A program made the position numbers and the translations under genes. A stretch of 64,000 nucleotides of DNA from Lingula anatina. Lineage: Eukaryota; Animalia; Brachiopoda. Of this stretch, positions 26,201 through 39,800 are shown piece after piece. The notes beneath the pieces were generated by a model. It saw only the letters and a program-made list of their open reading frames with translations. It made no database searches and was not told the origin of the DNA. The first letter of the stretch is position 1. The number at the start of each line of letters is the position of its first letter. The DNA lies in NCBI GenBank assembly GCA_051362555.1, contig CM120640.1, positions 53,670,788 through 53,734,787 of the forward strand, given 5' to 3'.

Positions 26201-27141
26201 CCACACATCCAACCATCTTCCAGGCATACCTCCCACGGGGAAGAACTGGTGGAAGAAGTCATTGATGAAAGGTTTGTTTGTTCGAGATTTTGTAATAATA
26301 TTTGTTAGTTTTACCGATGAGCATCAATTTGAAAAAAAGCTGGATTGTTTTTGCCAAGCATTGATCAACCTTGTATAATTACCACCTTAAAGCATTTAGA
26401 TGCCCAGGCTTAGACACATGGAAGCCCCTCGTGGGGATAGATAACAGGTAATACTGACTTGAAGTAAAACAAGATCCTAAAAGCAGTTGTTAGTACTGTT
26501 ATGGATGGTTGAAAAATGTGGAAAGAAGTTCGGTCTTATGGTGACTATATGTGGGCATGGAATTAATATTTTTTTCATCTGTTGCCAAAATAACTGTATT
26601 ACTTAAAAGAAAAAGTAGGATATTGAATGAAAAATGATAGTGTACTAGCTTTTTCTGTGTATACAATTTCAGTCCATCATAAGAAAATTCCTAATCTGTG
26701 TATCAGATTTTAGAATAAGCTGCTGCTTTTCTAAATATTGAGACCCAGTTACAAATTCAGTAGATGTAAGAACATCTAGAAAAAACAACATGGTTATGAA
26801 GAACATTTTTATGTACATGCACTGTGTCCATTATGAAAATATGAAACAGTGTAGGCTTTGTTGATGTCAGGTTTTTAAGAGATTATTATTATTATTATTA
26901 TTATTATATTTTTCTGTGAGTTATTTCGTCCAGATGAGTGGTCTATTTTACCATTATAAAATTGTAATGTTTCCCATTTTTCTTATTGACCAGTTCAACT
27001 GCAAGCCTGCTGGACAATGAGGTATCATCCTACCATGTAGATCTTTCATCCATCCCACCCCCACCCTACACACCCATTGAGGCACAACAGGAAGATGAGC
27101 AGGGACAAAACAGCTGTCCAAGACTGTCTCCCATGGTTTAG
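23270..27141 (+). CDS. WBP1L: WW domain-binding protein 1-like (WBP1/WBP1L family) single-pass membrane protein, 5 coding exons, 215 aa
   Basis: Exons 23270-23335, 24958-25051, 25422-25571, 26082-26271 and 26994-27141 join through GT-AG introns with matching phases (0,1,1,2), 648 nt in total. The product has a signal-peptide-like start (MGSETFKVAIITLFSHSASLIKA), the family Cys motif [27 protein letters not shown], a TM segment, CC plus a basic stretch (HRRLKRQ), and a cytoplasmic tail with LPSY, PPPY and PPPY. Exon 1 is the least certain. The symbol denotes the family; one-to-one orthology is not shown. Confidence 0.9.
24529..24761. mobile_element. MITE-like palindromic element, family 1, copy 2, in intron 1 of the WBP1-like gene
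   Basis: Almost entirely self-complementary (CTCCCTGGGGAGTC/GACTCCCCAGGGAG; AATGTCTGTCAC/GTGACAGACATT). It shares both ends with 3743-3954. Confidence 0.85.
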
Positions 27142-27991
27142 TCAGATAAATTAAGGTTTAATCTCATTTATAAATATTCTTGTGCTTTGAATGGGGTTAA
27201 ATGCATCACCCAATAAATGTAGTTTACTACAGCAACAACCAGTTCCTCTCAGCACTTTGGTACCAAGTAAAGAGTAAGGAAGAAGCCCTAAGAACTACTG
27301 TACAGACAGCAGAACTCAGTAAGACTGCATTGTGGAATGCTTTAATGCCACACTACTACTTAAATGTGTTATTGGTAGAATGGAAGCTTTTTAAGAATTT
27401 TGTGAGAGGTATGACTGTTGGATGTCTTTTAATCTGTGCATTACATGGGGCAGAATGGAAATGTACCAATGCAAACTGTGTTTTCCTTTTCATTATTGTT
27501 TTTTTGGCACATGAGTTTAAGACCTACTTCACTGCCAAGATATCATACTTGTCTTGCTGTATTAAGTGTAAGCAGCAGGTAAAGGTGTAACTGTCAATTA
27601 GTGAATGTGAACTCGTGCTGAGATGCATTCCAGACATAAGGTGCTTTGCCTTGATAACAAATAACAGTTCCAGTCATGGTATACATGTAATGTTTACATC
27701 ATATTTTATTTTTGTCAGTTTTTCAAATTGTCATTTCAGAACTCACTCATGTCTTAAATGTGAAATGATGTTTGATTAAGAAATAATGTACGTTTTAAGA
27801 GATAGAAACCTTATATTAATGATTGCATATTTTCCAAGTTTTGATTGCATATTTTCCATGCAGAAAGTCCAGCATGTAAACTAGATGGTTGATAAAGATA
27901 GCATCATCACAATATGTGTTTTGCAAACATTGTACATAGACATCTTTACTTTTATGATGAAAATGATTTTTATCTTTTATAGAAGTGTACA

Positions 27992-27997
27992 AATAAA
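27992..27997 (+). terminator. Candidate polyadenylation signal of the WBP1-like gene
   Basis: AATAAA about 850 nt after the stop, followed by T-rich sequence. Another AATAAA occurs near 27232. Confidence 0.4.
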
Positions 27998-30900
27998 TTT
28001 ATATTTTTGTAAAAATTATTTGTAATGCTTCTTTTTCCTGCTTGTTAATTTACTGTTTTAGTTACCATACATGTCAGACAAGTGCAATTTAATGCGGTGG
28101 CATACAGTAGCTGTAAATTAAGCAATTATCACCTTGCGACTACAACTTACAAGTTAATTGGATGTTCACTTCTCCAATTGTCACCTATTTGCCAGATAAA
28201 GCTGGGTGACTAAGGGTTCCATCATGGACTATCATTTTATTGTCATGAGTGTGATAAATTGAGAGTTCAGTTTAATACCCATGTGTGTCTGTTCTATAAC
28301 ATCTACTTTTAATCTAAATTCTTGTCAGTGTTTATGCAACATCCTGTTATTATTTAGCATTATAGACTTCTGGTGGTTTCTGCTTCCACTTTTGTGCACC
28401 ACTAGTTTAAGATATCACCAGATGCTAAAATGTTATCCAGACAATGGAAATATCAAAAAGACCCGCTGATAATGTAGATGCGAGTTTCCAGTGACCTCTG
28501 AAACATGGGGGATGCTTCTGTGCAGACTCCAGATGACGTGATGTGTCACCTGAACTGACCTCGGTGTATGACTGACTGCATGCGTTGAGTTTAATTTCTC
28601 ACTGGCCTAACTGAATGGTTTCAAGATCAATTGCATTGCACGACAAACTTGGATTGTGTTATTTGAAGTAAGAAGTGTGAAGAAAGGAAGCAGTAACAAA
28701 GCCAGTGGCTCCGTAATGGACAAAACCCAAGTGGCATTTCACTACATTTGTGAAAGGCGGGTTTTCTAAAAAAAATATTTTCTCATCAGTTTTCATTTTC
28801 ATCACAGCTCAAAATAATGTATTGTCATTAATAATTAGACGATAGTAAATATTTTGATTTTAACACAATTCAACAATATTTTATAAAGGTAAAGGCAGTG
28901 ATCCTTCTTCAGTGACCTGTTTTTTTGTATACTATTTTTGAGGCCCCTGTGATACTTCATCCGTACAGTTCATTGAAACGGTGCAATCAAGTCTACTCAA
29001 CAAACACATTGTATGTCATACGCTTGTTGTTGAGGGATCAGTGTAACTGATCTGTGCCAGCTCGTCTAACTCATTCACACTGAAGGTTATGTTGTAAAGG
29101 GCCATTAGATGCTTTTAACTGTTCAAACCAGCTTGATGAAATCCCTTTGAGCTTTCTTTGTTTCATTCCAGACGTTGATAAATCTGACATGATGAGTTGC
29201 TGAATACATCCGTTTATATATACTATTATACCAGACATGGAACTGATGCGCAGGTGATCCCAGGAAAGGAAGGGCGTCGTTTATAAAACAATATCGTGTG
29301 TTTGTCCTCTTTCCGACAAAAGCGGGACGGTGGAGGGGGGAGGAGAAGACACGAGGAACGCGATTGAATCATGGAAGACAGAAGTAATTTCACTGGATCA
29401 CTGTTTATTTCAAAACCGGGAATACCCAGGACACGTGAAAAAACTAGAAAAAAAATAATACAAATGTAAGCACTGTGTGAGCTTTTAAAATGAAAAAGTT
29501 TTGAAATATTATAGATGAATTTCACAACTACAGTGTATTATACTATCCTGCCCATACTGAATGTATTAAAATGCTTTTCTAATACATGGAAGTTAATGAT
29601 CTAGTCAAATCTCTTCAATCTTAACTTTTCAAAAGTCAATCTGAGTAGCACAAGGTTTACAAAATATTTTAATATTAAAACTCGCCATTTATGCCTGTCC
29701 CAAAAATATAAATTGTAAGTCAAGTTAGTTTGAAACACCAAAAGAAGAAGAATATGAGTAAGTCTTTCTCCCACAAAGACACGGTTGAAAATAGAAAAAA
29801 ATGTGCAAACTCATGGGGTACCACCCTGAATGAAAATGTATCAAATATGCAAATGATTAACTGCTTGTGTTAGATGCATCAGACTGCTCCTCTAACACAA
29901 TAAAATGCAAACTCAACTCTACACTGCTAGTTCTATTGTGTACTATTTATATTCTTAACGGGGGGGGGGGGGGGGGGGGGGGGTCTTTTGTTGGTCTAGA
30001 CGTAAAAGTAAGATGAAAAATTAAGAGATTCTGTCAACAAAATGTATCTCATTTTGAGCGCACGTGTTAATGCTACTTTTGGTTTTGAATGTATCAATTT
30101 CACGAATGATTAAAAAGAGAAGATAATTTTGAAAAAGGGAAAGCATATTTGTCACCATTACAAAACCATGTTCTCAATGTCCAACATTGCCAGTTAAAGT
30201 GACATTAATAGGAAGCATTCTACTGCTGTTCTCCAAGTCTTGTCAGTTTTACACATCCATGAATATGCAATACTGACTGCTTGTTCCAACGCTACTTTTA
30301 TAATGTATTATATGTGTAGTCTCTGCTTTCCAAGTTTATTACAGTGTCTCCGAAGGCTTATGGCGGCCTTAATGACTAGTCATCAAAACAATTGCACATT
30401 AAACCAGACGTGGACCAGTATTAATGGGTGGTAAGTGACTACTTATATTTACCCAGTCTTATGATATTGGAGACCTGTCCTAGAATCTAGATCGCTCAAT
30501 TACCAAGTAACATTAATGTGTGCATGGATGCATTTCCAGGGATTTGATAAGAAATGAATAAAATACACACACCAAAGCCAAAACTGAGCAAATATGTTAT
30601 TCCATTTTCACCTGGCGAAAAAATGACACAACGTATAAAATTTTATTTCACGAAATACATTTGACATTCTGGGACATAAAACTGAATATTTGAAGAAAAT
30701 ATTAAAACATTAAACTAATTAAATAAATTCTGAATAAAAACAGACTTGATAAGAGTCCATTGTGGCATTTGTTTTTTCTTTTCCGAATACTTATCACAGC
30801 TTATAAGTGAAGTAAAAAGCCTGGCAAAAAGTGGCGCATTACTACAATACATAAGCTTAAGTGGCATTAAAATGTTATAAGTAACAAAAAGAAGTCGAAC

Positions 30901-31091
30901 TTTGCTACTGGGCATGTGCGGGGATGCATGTGTAAGCCCGGGTGCACAGCCTCGGCGGGGCTAGTATGCGCTATGGGAGTAACTTGTATTTTTTAGCGAC
31001 CTTGTCTTGCAATTAATTTATTCTGCAGTGACACGATAATTGAAAATGTCTCTGTTCATTTTTCAGCATTACGGCTTACAAAACCCGTCTT

Positions 31092-31503
31092 CCAGCAGAC
31101 TAACAATACTTATATATAAATGTTGAATAAACACCTAAAATGTAATTATATTAAATTCAACGTTGCATCTTTAAAAAGACATTCACTTTTAAAGCACTTA
31201 AAGCAAATCTTGCCATCTTGTACTGTTGTGGCGCGATAATAGAAATTTGCTCTTGAAATTCAATAGCTTTGTATAGAACCAATGGAGATTATTTGAAAAG
31301 GGAGATCGTTTAATTTTGGTTCAAAACCCAGCGCTGTTACACGTACAATGTCTATATTTTAAGTTGACCTATACTGAGCAATGCATTAACATCATGTTTT
31401 CGAAGTTAACTATTCAACGTTGAAACAATGTTGGATCTTTGTTGATCAACGTCCAAAGCCAACTTTAAACTAAGAGATTAATCTACGTTGAGTGTCTGCT
31501 TGG
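31092..31503. mobile_element. Decayed MITE-like element in the probable 3' UTR of K2P paralog A
   Basis: Short inverted ends CCAGCAGAC...GTCTGCTTGG and repeated internal CAACGTTG-like palindromes. Confidence 0.4.
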
Positions 31504-31578
31504 CATTAACCGACATGTTATCACCATGGACCATGATGGTCAAATGACGCACACCCTTCTCTACCGATGATGTAGCAT

Positions 31579-33864
31579 TCAGCAGTCTTTATCATTAGAT
31601 GCTTCCTCACTACGAACGGTTTCAATCTCAGTTGTTTTCTGGTTATCTAGCAATGGCTGTGGTATGGCGTTTTTCAAGGCTGATTCCAAGACAAAATTCT
31701 GACTCTGAGATCTATCAGTAGGCAACGCGCTTGTACGTGCAGCGATTTCAGAGTCGCTCGACGCCTTGGCTATTTGACTACAACTGTCTGTTAAACTGCG
31801 TGCCATGGCAAGACCGTTAACTAAAGCTCCGGGTTTCTTTTCCTCACGCTCGCAAACTCCGTGTATCGCTCCACTGACTTTTTTGCCCACTATTGTGGCT
31901 TTCCTCTTTGTGACATCCGCGGCACTTTTCGCCACATATGCAACCCTTTTCTCGACAACCACCACTGTCTTTTTAGTTTTTTCAATGGTATCATCAATCT
32001 TGTTTGCCATCACTTGCATAATCACGTTAACGGTCATTGAGATTAACGCAAATCCGAGGAGAATATACATAAAACTTGCAATAAAGTTATTAGGATGTTT
32101 AGGAGTAATGTCACCAAACCCAATCGTTGAGAGTGAAATAAATAAGAAATAAAAAGCCTCTAGATAATTCTTCCAGTCAACTTCCCAGATCGTATACATC
32201 CATGCTCCCAATGCGATATAAACCGCTAGGATGACTGCAGCGGCCCCTACTGGTAAATTGTAATTGTCATCTATCTTTTCCAGGGCTTTTTCACGGGCAG
32301 TGCGCCTTCTTTCCTTTGCTGCTCTTCTGGCAATATCCTTCTCGCCATCGACAGTGTCTGTTGATGATAAATGGGGTCTGAACGAATCTTCCTGTTCTTT
32401 TAAATCGCCGTTTTCCATCGCTTCATTCGAAGAAGTGAAATGTGTCTTTCGCTTTGCTCTTTTGCAACATACTGCACAGTAATCACATAGTTTTCGATAC
32501 TGTCGCCGAACACCGTTGTACAGAAATTTGATGACTCTTGACAGCAACTTGCCTAAATTGGCCAAAGTGATCAGGCACAGTGGAATACCGAGGAGAGCAT
32601 AGATCATAGTTGCAATTCGGCCCGCGTCCGATTTTGGTACAATATGCCCATAACCTTTAATAGAAAAGAAAACACAATATTAATGTTTACTTTATGCGAA
32701 CAGTATATTGATATTTTATTGTGTCCACGTATCCTTATGACGCCTCTGATTACTAAATTGTTTGATGTAATAAGCTTTCTTCAATTGGAAAATACCCCAG
32801 ATGATTCATTATTGGAGCAGCTTAATCAGACCTGCGTTTTCCAAATGCATTAATTTCCCTCACACATACATATATAACAAAGCTATTCGTTTTTTCGCAC
32901 ACTTCATTGATCAGACTAAATTAAGGAGGCAATAAAACGAAGTGTGTTTTCGAGGCAAAAAGCTCAACGTTATATTAACATATGGCACATTATCGAATCA
33001 GTTTGCTACTAGTACATGTTTCAATAGATAATTAATTGACAAAGAAGATGCATTGATGTTTGCAGAACCGGGAATTATATGTACCAGGAGTTTCCGAGCA
33101 CTGGTGTTGCACTTTTTACCGTAAGGAAATCTAATCTTTAATCAAGGGGTCTAAATGGGGTGTATTTGATAAAGTACATGTAAAATGGAAACCAAATACA
33201 ATGTTTATAGCATTAAAGCTATAAGCAGTGATTACGTACCAACAGTGGTGTAGACTGTAGCACAGAAGAACAGTGATCCCCAGAACGTCCACTTAGGATT
33301 CTTGTTAGTTTGCACAATACCCTCAACCTCTTTTCTAAACATTTCCTCCCATTCAGAAGCATTTAAAGGCAGTCCATTGGCAACCACTTGCCGATACGTA
33401 TATTCTGTGCTGTTGACAGTTTCGTTTGTCACATACGTTTGACTGACATTTCCTCCCTGAGCAGTAAATAAAAGATGCAAAGACTTGTTCCATAGTCTTG
33501 CAACGGTTTCTTTTTCTGAACGTATGTTCTTCTCAATCTCGTCTCTTTCAACTGGAGCTTCAATGGCTTGGAATATGGCCGCCCCGATGAATGAGTATCC
33601 GATTAGAAAGAAAACCAAGGCGGTGTTGGATGACACAATGCGGATGATCGTTTTTCTTATTTTTGTCCTTTTCGTTTTTGGATCATCTTCTTTGTGTGTA
33701 TTATCTTCTGAGAATTGTGACATTTCATCGTACTTCGAGGTAATTTCACTGCCACCATCTACGTAATCGTTGTGATTGGAATCGTCATTTTGTACCACAC
33801 AAATGCCTCTATCCACAAAGTCACTCTCCTTCGTTCCCGGCTCAGTTTCTGAGGAGTAAGACAT
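31579..33864 (-). CDS. Two-pore-domain potassium channel (K2P, TWK-18/TRESK-like), paralog A, 2 coding exons, about 566 aa
   Basis: Exons 33864-33240 and 32654-31579. A phase-1 intron (GTACGT...AAG) splits TTVG|YG. Four TM segments; P1 is WTFWGSLFFCATVYTTVGYG and P2 is FYFLFISLSTIGFGD; the M2-M3 loop is long. A splice acceptor at 33895 lies 30 nt upstream of the ATG with the frame open, so the N-terminus could extend further. Confidence 0.95.
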
Positions 33865-36803
33865 CTTTCCTGCTGGGCTGGCATGCGCCCTTGTCTGAAA
33901 ACAAGTGACAGATACTCATGATTGATGAGCAAAAGATTCAAAGTATACAATCAATGATACTCATTAAAGGAGTCTGGTAATAATGGAGACCAGTTTCCAA
34001 CTCGAAATTTAATCAAGTTATGCTGCCTCCTATCTCGTCTTGTTAATGAATTCGTGACTGCTTATGCAAATTATATTGTATATTTAATGGCTTAACCGTT
34101 ACCCCATGGCATATAACCTACTTTTTGACATCATCAGATAGGATATAAGCTCTCATAACAATTAGAATCGGATACATAATATCAAGGATAACTGATGAAA
34201 AATTACATTTTTAAGGCACCGTTCAAAACAACGCATTTCTTCACAAAACTGTGGTACGGATTAAGGTCCTTTTAAGATTATGCTGGTACGTAACTCCAAT
34301 CGGTGTCGGTATGAAAACAGTGGTCCTACGGTACCTATTTTTTGCCCCCTTTCACAAATTCGCTTCCGACTGTTTGAACATATAAGAATTAGTCCTTGCA
34401 GTGTCGAGCGGGAGATCTCTGTTTAGTCGACTCTCCAACACCTATATAATACATGTACATTTAGCCGGGTAGTCTATGTTCCTAAGTATTTTGATAAAGA
34501 TACGTGTAACGCACGGGATGCAAGGGGCCCCTAACTAATGTTACAGTATACAAATGGCCATAACTAACTAACACCAAATATTAAAACTGTACGAAATGTC
34601 CTAAAGATAATCATTTCGATCATGTAATCAATAAAAAAAGAAAGCATAAAATGATATAGTCGCAAATCTAAGTAATATATAACTGCTTTTCGAAAAACCA
34701 TAAAACGTAGCCCTACTAAGCACTAATCGTGTTATTTTTGCAGGATGGTTGATATAAATTGACCATTGTTTGTTAATTGATTACACATCTCACTTCTACT
34801 ATCAACTCAATGCACACGCGTTGTGATTAGGAATATTTAATCTCTTCTTTCGGACGATGTACAACATTATGGTCAAAACAATATCTTGTTTCACTATTAA
34901 TTCATGAGGCCGCAAACAAATGGATTTTAAGGTACAGACAGAGTTCTGCAAGACGTGTGTACCGTGTTGCTATTTACAGAAATGATACTGTTGGAACAAC
35001 AGTTCTCAATATACAAAATGAAGTGTAAATGATTATATAATTCTTAATGTGAAGTTTGCATGCTGCCCCGTGAATGACAAAACAATCTCGGTCAAGATCA
35101 GTTCAAGGTGATTAACATAAGATGGCCTTTTTTCTACGTGTACTGATAGATCATTTACAGATTGCCTGGATCATCATTCATATGGTATCTATCAGGATAT
35201 TATACTTGTGTTAGCAATAAATTTCGTCTAATTGCAATCATACCCTCGATGCATGAATCCAAAATAAAAGCAGGTCGATTATTTGTTATTTTTTATAACA
35301 TAGGACCCGAAGATTAAAGGCAACGCATAGTCAAAATAAATAGAATATTCCTTGGAGTGCACAACGTGTAGGCCTACAACTAGCGGCCTGTGCAAGTAAA
35401 AGCTTTCAATAGATCTAGCAGAATTATCACGTACAAACAAAAGAAAAATGGAAACAATTATTCATTAATGGCTTATAATAATATAAATGCATATACATAG
35501 TCGTATAAATAAACCGATCTTTGTATTACTAAAAATGCAAATACTACTGTATATAGGAATAGTGTTTCATTTTCAGGTTTCCAAAAATCTTCCGTCACCA
35601 ATAAAACTAACTACTTAAATTATCAAAAAAAAAAAAAAAAAAAAAAAAGATCAAATTGGAAAGGGGCACTTTCAAATCGATATTGCACTCGACAGGTATA
35701 ATGTACATTTGCGACAAACGGGGTTCGGCGAGTTTCACAGGCGAGTAGGAAGCGATTTCGATTGTTCGGTTTTTAACAAATTCAGGGAAAAAAGAGCAAT
35801 CAACGACAGGAAACAATTGAATATTGAGTGACTCGAGTCTAGGTACGTGACGTAATTTTTTTAATGATTTTTGGCTGAAAAAAGTGGTCTCGGCCTCTAA
35901 ACTCTGTATCTTATCCTCCTCTTAGGACTGAAATCGTTAAAAATGTTTGAAGGGGGGGGGGCTTGGCCTTCCTAGCCCTTCCTGCACCCTCTACCAGAAG
36001 TCTTCTCTAGCTGTTTCAATATTGTGTGAAAGACTAATCTACAAATTTGTATAGCTAGAGAAGACATCTCTATAGCATTATAGCTAGGGAAGGCCCTCGG
36101 TTTTTACGTCTCTAACCCTGTATAAACTTTTATTTTAGAATCAAGTTTAAAATGGTCATCTTAGTATGCTGTACATATTTGTTTAAACAATAGGTTTTAT
36201 GTATATCTCGTCCGTTCAAACATGCACGTTCAAACACAAAACTAGTTTTCAATCAATTGCGAATATTAAAACATGTATGTCTCTCAGCGAGGAAGTAGAC
36301 CTATACTGCCTTGCTGTAAATGCATCACCATAATGTAATTATAACCTACGAAAGTGACTTAGTTGATACATTCCTTTTGTGAGCGTTTACCATTGCTCAT
36401 TAGTCATTTTCATCAAGGCTAAACAGGTAGCAAATACTGTATTTGCTTCTCTATCAACAATGAAAACCTTGACTTATCAAAAGTGAACACCTATCTAGGT
36501 ACCAAATTTCAGTCAAATGGACTATTCAAAAGTGCCCTTATAGATAACATCTGAAAAGCAAGGCTATGAAAGCATTTTTTTTTACTAAAAGCAATCACTC
36601 CACAACGAACAATCTCATCCAACGTGTAACAGATCTACAACTAATTGCTAAACTAGTAAAGCCTGCATTAATGTATAGGGCTGAGGTATGGGGGTATACG
36701 TGGCAAATAAATAAATAAATAAAATAAAATAAATAAATATTTGAATCTATCCAGAATGCCTTCGTAAGTCACTCCTTGGAGTCTGGAGCAAGTCAAAATT
36801 ATA

Positions 36804-36804
36804 A

Positions 36805-36846
<42 letters not shown>
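36804..36846. repeat. (TAAA)n microsatellite
   Basis: Tetranucleotide run; a related run lies at about 36705-36738. Confidence 0.95.
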
Positions 36847-36848
<2 letters not shown>

Positions 36849-39800
36849 AATGCAGTGAAGACAGACATGGGAAATTCACCCTATCTTGTAAAAACATTCT
36901 CAAGCAAGTAATACATCTTTCTGGTGAATATAAAATGGAACGGATTATAATCAATTAGCCAAGAAAATATAAACTTACAAAAATCACTGCAATTATCATA
37001 TGACAAATAAAAATAAAGACTGTAAAAACAAAATATTTCATGATAAAAATTGCAGTTAATCACTCAATATCTTAATTAAAACTCATAGGGCACACCGGGA
37101 ATTATAATTAAATTCAAAGAAACCTAAAAAAAAGCACTACCTAAGGGAGACTAGAGAAAACGACTTATTTTTTAACGTAACTACTAAACCTCAATCAGAA
37201 TAATTAGAGATATACGATTTGTTGTTAATTGACTGATAAAAAGTGTTTTTAAATAAATATTGTCGTATTTCTGTCAAAGCCAGTTTTTGTTATTGTTGTT
37301 GTTGTTAAGCTCAGTTTTATTTTAAGAAGTTGTCAGAGGTTACTGCAGCGTTATTTAATGCTGACTGCCTAGGTTGCTTCTGTTACTGGTAAAATGCATA
37401 GGAAGGGGTAAAAATATTTTTTCTTTTGGATTCTAGTATGTATGCCAACTTGCCCCGCGAGGTGTGCGGACCTGCCTAGGGGCTGCGAGCATCACATTAA
37501 CCTATAACTTCGAACTGCAAGTCTCTTCGCCAGCCCGCGTGGCACATCCCGACTAAATTTATAGAGAGCTCCCGCGTTTTTACGCTCGCGGTCGAGGGAT
37601 AGGACCCGTATGTTTGCAGCGATAGACCTTGATAAAAGCGGTCAAAGTGTTGGCTTGTGCTCACAGGGAGTAGGATCATTAATTCGGCGATCGGAATTAC
37701 AAATCCGCGGCTCCAAGTTGCAAACAGCTGTTATCATTTGTGATGCCTGTCGGAAATTTGACGGCAGTGGAATTAATGGGAAGGACTTTTATGCCATGTA
37801 CCTCTTTTTCAGATTCCTTGAACAGTTAAAAATCCCAATCTTTATCTTTCCAATTTATTAAAACATATCCAGTGGGATACTAATCTCATTTTACAAAGAT
37901 ATTGCATAGGGTACCAACAACCAGAAGCTAATGTTACAAGGTTACATTGATCGTTAACGTTCCAGTTTCCTCTGTCTCGAAGAAAGCGATTAACACATAA
38001 CAAAAGCAATAATAAGGTCTATGACAAGGAATACTTAATTTTGTACATTAAAGCAAAATGGTTTACTCTGTGACTGGAACAAGTATAACAGATCTGCTTA
38101 CGCGTACGAGTGCTTTCCAGCTATACATTGCCATGTCCTTTACGAGCAACCTTCGACTTCCAATAACATTTCTTTCGTCGGGTGCGGTAAATCCTCTTTC
38201 CAATATCGTGCTATGGTAAAAGACATGTTGCAGCAGTTAGTCGACAGAACTAAAATGTGTTTCTGTAACACTATTAAAGAGCTTGACGTGAAGTCGATCG
38301 ATAGACACATCGTATTTAATCACAATTTCATATTTTATCGCATCCCATCAGGACACTTTAGTAGTGTCGCCCTAATAGCTCAAGTTAATTGTGCCCATAA
38401 AGATATCCTCGCATCCGGCTAACTGTTTTTCAGCGCAATAAATAGTGTGTCATTTTCTATAATTTTATATGTCGCATAATCTAGGATTTTACATATTTTA
38501 ATAATCATCCGATCAGTAAAATAAGGCATGAATCGAAAGTTTTAGTGCATATGCATGCGTGTACATGCTAGGAAAAGTACCTAGCATGTTTGTGTACTTC
38601 ACATATACCTACCGAAGTGGGTAAAAAATAATAATTATCTCATGACGACCACACTTTTTACCGACATCTCCTTACAGTGCACTTTATAAAACACTATCTA
38701 TATATACATTTGTACTACATAGCATAACACACAAAATACAAATCTTTATTGATATCAAAACACATTCACGGAGAAAACGGCACATTAGCCATCCAGGGTA
38801 GTTGTTCTTGTAAAAAAGTGCGATCAGTCAAATGATATATACCCGAAGGCACCCTTGCTCATCAAGTAATGCCTTCGGTACACGCTATACAGTGTGGGCC
38901 ACACGTAGTAACAGCCACAGCGTGACAAGAAAATTTGATAACTATTGTGTTATCAACTTTTAAACCTGGCGTGTTCCATTACATGAAGTAATGTTGTGCG
39001 TACTTAGTGACAGATATACGGAGTCAAATTCTACGTCAAGATGAATACAATATATCTTAATTTCGTTTTCTGAATGTTTTTCTCGAAGTAAATAAAAGGT
39101 AATGTAAGGTAAATGGTCTTTTATGCAAGCATTATTCACTCGGCTGTTTTATAATCCCCATCAAAAATCAGAAAGATTTGTGAAAAGGGAAAAACAGTAG
39201 GCCCCTATGTGTTTTGAGAAATCCCGCCCTTTTTTTTCGTATTGCCTTTTACCTATGTATATGTTTTCTTCACAGGTTTCTCTTTCTCTCAATCTAATTA
39301 AATCACAAATATATGTATGTTTTATTTATTTTACTTAGATCAATAATTATATCTTGGTCGCTTTAGTCTTTCACATTCATAATGACCCCTGTGCGACCTG
39401 AAGAGATGGGGCATCATCTGGCAACATAACGTGTACACATAAACAGGCACACCTCATCCGTCAGTTTCGTCTGCAGCTATATGGATTTCCCATATATTGA
39501 CTTCCTTCCGAGTGTATCGTCTATTCTGCCTCTTGTAATTTAAATCAAAATAGGATCCACGGAAAAAATAATCACGTCATTCCTCTAGTTAATGTTCACG
39601 TTTTATTTATTTTGGTCTCTTTAAATTATTTACATGCCGTTAGGTTTTAAAAACTTGCTTCAAGAACATGCATCCAAACGATTCACACACGCCATTCAAT
39701 AATTTTGAACAAATCTGTATATACATATTTATTTTAATGAAATAGCTTGTTTGAGAAGCCTATAAAGGTACATTAAAATCTGATCTTTTTCCACATTTTG

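Noticed and set aside
27201-27590. 129-aa plus-strand ORF
   Set aside because: It lies in the probable 3' UTR of the WBP1-like gene and has no protein-like features.
29188-29248. Box C/D snoRNA-like pattern (ATGATGA...CTGA)
   Set aside because: The terminal stem is minimal, there is no convincing long guide, and no host intron was established.
38563-38878. Two small hairpins (10-bp stem at 38563-38589; 9-bp stem at 38843-38878)
   Set aside because: They are short enough to arise by chance in 64 kb and have no supporting context.
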